Part shown: in pieces, positions 59,648 to 64,000 of the stretch
Layout of the letters: each line of letters starts with the position of its first letter
Numbering within the stretch: position 1 is the stretch's first letter
Assembly: GCA_038999725.1 (NCBI GenBank)
Contig: JAWBWS010000001.1
Span: 160,001-224,000, forward strand
Length of the DNA stretch: 64,000 nt
Reading direction: 5' to 3'
Source: Candidatus Aenigmatarchaeota archaeon
Lineage (GTDB): Archaea > Aenigmatarchaeota > Aenigmatarchaeia > CG10238-14 > SCSR01
Program-made: the position numbers and the translations under genes
The notes under the pieces: model-generated
What the model saw: only the letters and a program-made list of their open reading frames with translations
Told to the model about the DNA's origin: nothing
The model's database searches: none

Positions 59648-61270
59648 CTATTCACTTAAACAAGCTTTGATCAAACCATCAAACAATGGAGCTGGTTTAA
59701 GTGGTCTTGATTTAAATTCAGGATGCGCTTGGGTGGCAACAAAATAAGGATGATCTTCAAGTTCAATGAATTCCACAAGTTTTCCATCAGGTGACATCCC
59801 AGAAAAAACAAGTCCATTTTTTTGCAAAATCTCATGGAATTCTGGATTAACTTCAAACCTATGTCTATGTCTTTCGCTTATTTCTTTTTGTTTGTTATAC
59901 AGCCTCCAAACAATTGTGCCCTCTTTAAGAATTGCTGAGTAAGAACCAAGTCTCATGGTTGCGCCATATTTCGATTCTTCTATTAGTTTCTTTTGTTCTG
60001 GCAAAATATCTACGACAGGATAAGGTGTGTTAGGATCAAATTCTGTAGAATTAGCATTTTTTAACCCACAAACATTCCTTGCAAATTCAACTACAGCCAA
60101 TTGTAAGCCTAAACATAATCCCAAGAAAGGAATTTTATTTTCCCTCGTATATTTTATCGCAGCTATTTTACCTTCTATTCCACTACTTCCAAAGCCACCA
60201 GGAATAATTACACCGTCAACAGAATTAAGAATTTTAATATTCTTTTCATCTTTCTCAAAAGATTTCGAATCTATCCAGAGAATCTCTGCCTTAACATTAT
60301 TTTGCCAAGCAGCATGTTTTGTTGCTTCAATAACTGAAATATAAGAGTCTTTGAGTGTAAATTCTCCAATGTCAAAATATTTTCCAATTATTCCAATCCT
60401 AACACTTTTTTTAACATTTTTTGTTTTATTTAGAAAATCTTCCCATTCTTTTGAATTTACACTTGTTTCTTGAATTCCAAATTTTTCCAAGATCCTTTTC
60501 CCAAGTTTTTGTTTTTCAAACACTATTGGAAGTTCATAAATGTTTTCTATGTCTGGATCAGAAATAACATCCTCTTTTTTCACATTACAAAACAAAGCAA
60601 TTTTTTCTTTTCTGATGTCATCTACAGGAAATTCAGATCTACAAATTATGAAGTCTGGCAAGATTCCAAGCTCTCGTAATTTTTGGACCGAATGTTGAGT
60701 GGGTTTAGTTTTTGGTTCACCCAAATGTTTCGGTACCGGTATATAACTCACATGAATGTAAATGCATTTTTCATTTTCCATTTTCATCTGTCTTGCCGCC
60801 TCTATGAAAATTTGGTTTTCATAATCTCCAACAGTTCCACCAATTTCAACAAGGACAAAATCTGCTCCAGATTTTTTTGCAATTTCTTTTATCCTTGTTT
60901 TAATTTCATCAGTTACATGGGGTATCATTTGTACAGTTTTTCCCAAAAATTTACCTTCCCTTTCTTTTTTTATAACACTCCAGAAAATTTGGCCAGAAGT
61001 TATGTTGTTTTCTTTTGAGACGTTTATATCCAAAAACCTTTCATAATGGCCTAAATCTTGATCAATTTCACCCCCATCTTCAGTTACCCAAACCTCTCCA
61101 TGTTCAGTTGGTCTCAGAGTTCCCGCATCATAATTTAAGTAACCATCAATTTTTATTACTGTAACTTTAAAACCGCGAAATTGGAGAAGCTTTCCTATAG
61201 AGGCAGTTGTTATGCCTTTGCCAAGACCGGAGAGTACACCACCAGTTATGAAAATATAATGGGTCTGCAT
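59648..61270 (-). CDS. pyrG: CTP synthase
   Basis: GGVLSGLGKG, KTKPTQ, PGGFG, GLCLG, ERHRHR and QAHPE motifs. Confidence 0.98.
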   Translation of the reverse strand: MQTHYIFITGGVLSGLGKGITTASIGKLLQFRGFKVTVIKIDGYLNYDAGTLRPTEHGEVWVTEDGGEIDQDLGHYERFLDINVSKENNITSGQIFWSVIKKEREGKFLGKTVQMIPHVTDEIKTRIKEIAKKSGADFVLVEIGGTVGDYENQIFIEAARQMKMENEKCIYIHVSYIPVPKHLGEPKTKPTQHSVQKLRELGILPDFIICRSEFPVDDIRKEKIALFCNVKKEDVISDPDIENIYELPIVFEKQKLGKRILEKFGIQETSVNSKEWEDFLNKTKNVKKSVRIGIIGKYFDIGEFTLKDSYISVIEATKHAAWQNNVKAEILWIDSKSFEKDEKNIKILNSVDGVIIPGGFGSSGIEGKIAAIKYTRENKIPFLGLCLGLQLAVVEFARNVCGLKNANSTEFDPNTPYPVVDILPEQKKLIEESKYGATMRLGSYSAILKEGTIVWRLYNKQKEISERHRHRFEVNPEFHEILQKNGLVFSGMSPDGKLVEFIELEDHPYFVATQAHPEFKSRPLKPAPLFDGLIKACLSE

Positions 61271-61300
61271 AAATTATTGTGTTATTTTTGAAATTTAAAA

Positions 61301-61621
61301 CTAATCCTGCAACTTTATTTCTATGTGTACACCTTGAGGGATGTTAATTCTCATTATTTGCCTCAAAGCTCTTTCATCTGCTTGTACATCTACAACACGC
61401 TTGTGAATTCTAAGTTCCCATTTATCATAAGTGGCATTTCCATGGCCACACCCATCACCACAAGGGGTTTTGAGTGTTACAACTCTCATTCTTTTTGTTG
61501 GTAAAGGAATAGGACCTTTAGTTAAAACACCAAACTTTTTTGCAATTTCCTTTATTTCATGGCAAATTCTATCTAATTCTTCTGGATTTTTTCCAGACAG
61601 CTTTATTCTTGCAACTTGCAT
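61301..61621 (-). CDS. rps10: 30S ribosomal protein S10
   Basis: GPIPLPTK and WELRIHKR motifs; follows EF-1alpha. Confidence 0.96.
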   Translation of the reverse strand: MQVARIKLSGKNPEELDRICHEIKEIAKKFGVLTKGPIPLPTKRMRVVTLKTPCGDGCGHGNATYDKWELRIHKRVVDVQADERALRQIMRINIPQGVHIEIKLQD

Positions 61622-61782
61622 AACATCACTTAACTTTTCTTTATTTTGGTTTAATTATATTTAAATTCTTTTCCATTGTTGGAATAAGAAATCTACAAGA
61701 AAAGATGGTACAACAGCAAATAAAAACTATAATTTTAGATTCGTGGAAAAGAGAGAAAAAAAGAATGGGATTCAAAATTTAA

Positions 61783-63060
61783 CTATTTCGCTTTAACTAC
61801 ATCCAAGCAAATTCCTGCAGCTACAGTCATTCCCATATCTCTTATGGCAAATCTCGCCAATTCAGGAAAATCTGCTTGCCTTTCTATAACCATTGGCTTT
61901 GTTGGAACAACCCTAATCTTTGCAGCATCTCCAGTCTTAATGAAGTCTGGGTGCTCCTGAACCACCGCCCCAGTTCTTGGATCAATCTTTGCAATTATCT
62001 CTTCTATTCTACAAGCAACACTAGCAGTGTGACAATGGAATACAGGTGTATAACCAGGACTTATCACACTAGGATGTTGCAAAACAATTATTTGAGCAAT
62101 AAACTCCTTTGCAACAGTTGGTGGATTGTCAGGATGTCCAGCAACATCTCCTCTTCTCAACTGCTCTTTTGCTATACCACGAACATTAAAACCAATATTG
62201 TCTCCAGGCTTGGCTTCCGGAATCTGTTTGTGGAAAATTTCTATTGATTTAACTTCACCTTTGACCCCTGCTGGTTCAAATACAAGGGTATCATTGACTC
62301 TAAGTATACCAGTTTCAACTCTACCTACAGGAACGGTACCAACTCCAGAGATTGAATACACATCCTGAATTGGTATTCTCAACGGCTTGTTTATAGGTTT
62401 TTCCGGCTCTTTTATTACTGCATCCAATGTCTCAACAAGTGTTCCACCTTTGTACCAAGGCATGTTGTCAGATTTCTTGACAATATTGTCTCCATAATAA
62501 GCTGAAACAGGAACAAATGGAATTTCTTCTACTTTGAAGCCAATTGTCTTGAAAAGCTTTATAGCTTCTTCTTTAACTTCATTAAATCTTTTTTCATCGT
62601 AATTCACAGTGTCCATCTTGTTTACTGCTACAATTATTTGATTAACTCCAAGAACCTTTAACAGCCAAGCATGTTCTTTTGTTTGTTCTTGTATACCTTC
62701 TCCAGTTTTCCCTGAAATAACGAATATTGCAGCATCTGCTTGGCTTGCTCCAGTTATCATGTTCTTAACGAAATCTCTATGCCCAGGACAGTCTATAATG
62801 GTGAAGAACCATTTCTGAGTTTCAAAGGGTCTGTGCATAATATCAATTGTAAGGCCCCTTTCTCTCTCCTCTTTTACAGTATCCATGATAAAGGCAAATT
62901 CAAAAGTTTCCTTCTTAAGTTCAGTCGCAAGTTCTTTCAACTTTCTCAATTCTTCTTCTCTTATAGCTCCACTATCATAAAGCAATCTGCCTATCAAAGT
63001 GGATTTCCCTGCATCTACATGACCAGCTGTCATTAGGTTAATATTTGGCTTCGCGGGCAT
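61783..63060 (-). CDS. tuf: Translation elongation factor EF-1alpha
   Basis: [27 protein letters not shown] and FAIRDMG motifs. Confidence 0.98.
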   Translation of the reverse strand: MPAKPNINLMTAGHVDAGKSTLIGRLLYDSGAIREEELRKLKELATELKKETFEFAFIMDTVKEERERGLTIDIMHRPFETQKWFFTIIDCPGHRDFVKNMITGASQADAAIFVISGKTGEGIQEQTKEHAWLLKVLGVNQIIVAVNKMDTVNYDEKRFNEVKEEAIKLFKTIGFKVEEIPFVPVSAYYGDNIVKKSDNMPWYKGGTLVETLDAVIKEPEKPINKPLRIPIQDVYSISGVGTVPVGRVETGILRVNDTLVFEPAGVKGEVKSIEIFHKQIPEAKPGDNIGFNVRGIAKEQLRRGDVAGHPDNPPTVAKEFIAQIIVLQHPSVISPGYTPVFHCHTASVACRIEEIIAKIDPRTGAVVQEHPDFIKTGDAAKIRVVPTKPMVIERQADFPELARFAIRDMGMTVAAGICLDVVKAK

Positions 63061-63105
63061 TTCACATCCCTTCTAATCTTATTTATCGTCGATATTTAAA
63101 TATAT

Positions 63106-64000
63106 TTATGTCTCTGGTTTTGGTACATGTTCAGGAAGACCTTTCCTCTTCCTTATTGCAAGAATAACATCATCTCTAAGGTCTGAGGGAAGCTTTTCGA
63201 AAACTGTTTCAACCAAGCTGTAGAAACCACGGCCAGATGTTGCAGATTTTAAGCTTGCGTCAAAACCAAACATGTCACTCACGGGCATCTTTGCTAGAAC
63301 AATGCTTGCTCCCCTTTCTTCCCTCATATCAAGTATTTGTCCTCTTCTATTTTCAACCTCTCTTATTACTTCACCAAACAAATCTGATGGTACGTCTATT
63401 CTTATTACTTGTTTTGGTTCAAGCAAAGCTGGCTCTGCACGAAGGATACCTTCCATTATGGCATGCCTAACTGCGGGGATTATCTGTCCAGGACCACGGT
63501 GAACAGGGTCTTCGTGCAGCTCAGCATCAACAAGCTTTACCTTTATTTTTGTGCAAGGTTCTTTTGCCAAGGGGCCTTCATCCATCACATTTCTAAAAGC
63601 CTCTTTAACCATCTCTATTACTTCATTCATGAACTGAATTCCCTTTGTCATATCGATGAGAACATTTTTATTGTGAATGACAATTATGTTCTTTGCTTCA
63701 TCGTAATCCATCCCAAATTTTGAAATCTTTTTAAACATTTCTGTATGTTTGCCTCTAAGTTCTTCTTGGCTTGGGATTTCTCCATCAAGCATAGCCCTAT
63801 AAACACCATCTTCTAAGGGTTCGACAACTATGAAAAATCTATTGTGTTTATTTGGAGATTTGCCCTCAATTTGAGGAGAAGTTTTAAAAACAGTTTCTCG
63901 GTAAACAACTATGGGCTTACTCATCTCTACATCAATTCCCATTTCTTTCAATTTATTCTCAACTTTTGCTTCCAAATGGAGCTCACCAAGACCAGAAACA
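63106..64000 (-). CDS. fusA: Elongation factor EF-2, C-terminal part (5' end outside the window)
   Basis: GLGELHLE, VYRET, SPNKHN and HEDPVHRG motifs. Confidence 0.96.
   Translation of the reverse strand, partial: VSGLGELHLEAKVENKLKEMGIDVEMSKPIVVYRETVFKTSPQIEGKSPNKHNRFFIVVEPLEDGVYRAMLDGEIPSQEELRGKHTEMFKKISKFGMDYDEAKNIIVIHNKNVLIDMTKGIQFMNEVIEMVKEAFRNVMDEGPLAKEPCTKIKVKLVDAELHEDPVHRGPGQIIPAVRHAIMEGILRAEPALLEPKQVIRIDVPSDLFGEVIREVENRRGQILDMREERGASIVLAKMPVSDMFGFDASLKSATSGRGFYSLVETVFEKLPSDLRDDVILAIRKRKGLPEHVPKPET

Noticed and set aside
182..63723. Numerous antisense and alternative-frame ORFs in the track (e.g. 3754..4287, 11765..12268, 36070..36723)
   Set aside because: Shadow ORFs fully overlapping well-supported genes

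Overview
AT-rich archaeal chromosomal segment; gene content and sequence style suggest a DPANN lineage such as Aenigmarchaeota (inference). From left to right it holds: a glycosylation / diacetamido-uronic-acid sugar cluster (1-10 kb); a cassette with a B-family DNA polymerase carrying a PolD-DP2-like C-terminal Zn finger, an inactivated DP1-like subunit, a PD-(D/E)XK nuclease and three wHTH proteins (10-15.7 kb); housekeeping genes (hjc, dnaG, thpR, kae1, hel308, trmI, htpX, nop5, fibrillarin); ribosomal and transcription operons; three intron-containing tRNAs; xerA with a dif-like site and a repeat-rich AT-rich region; a second, canonical PolB; and dys, ogg, pyrG, rps10, EF-1alpha and partial EF-2. 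Top observations: (1) the PolB-ZnF plus dead-DP1 pair mirrors the eukaryotic catalytic subunit/B-subunit architecture; (2) the tRNA-Leu(UAA) intron contains box D/box C motifs and a guide predicted to methylate U34 of its own host tRNA; (3) tRNA-Ala(GGC) has two non-canonical introns that appear to need ordered splicing; (4) P0 and P1 form an in-frame fusion with an internal ribosome-binding site. All calls come from reading motifs by eye; no database searches were run.
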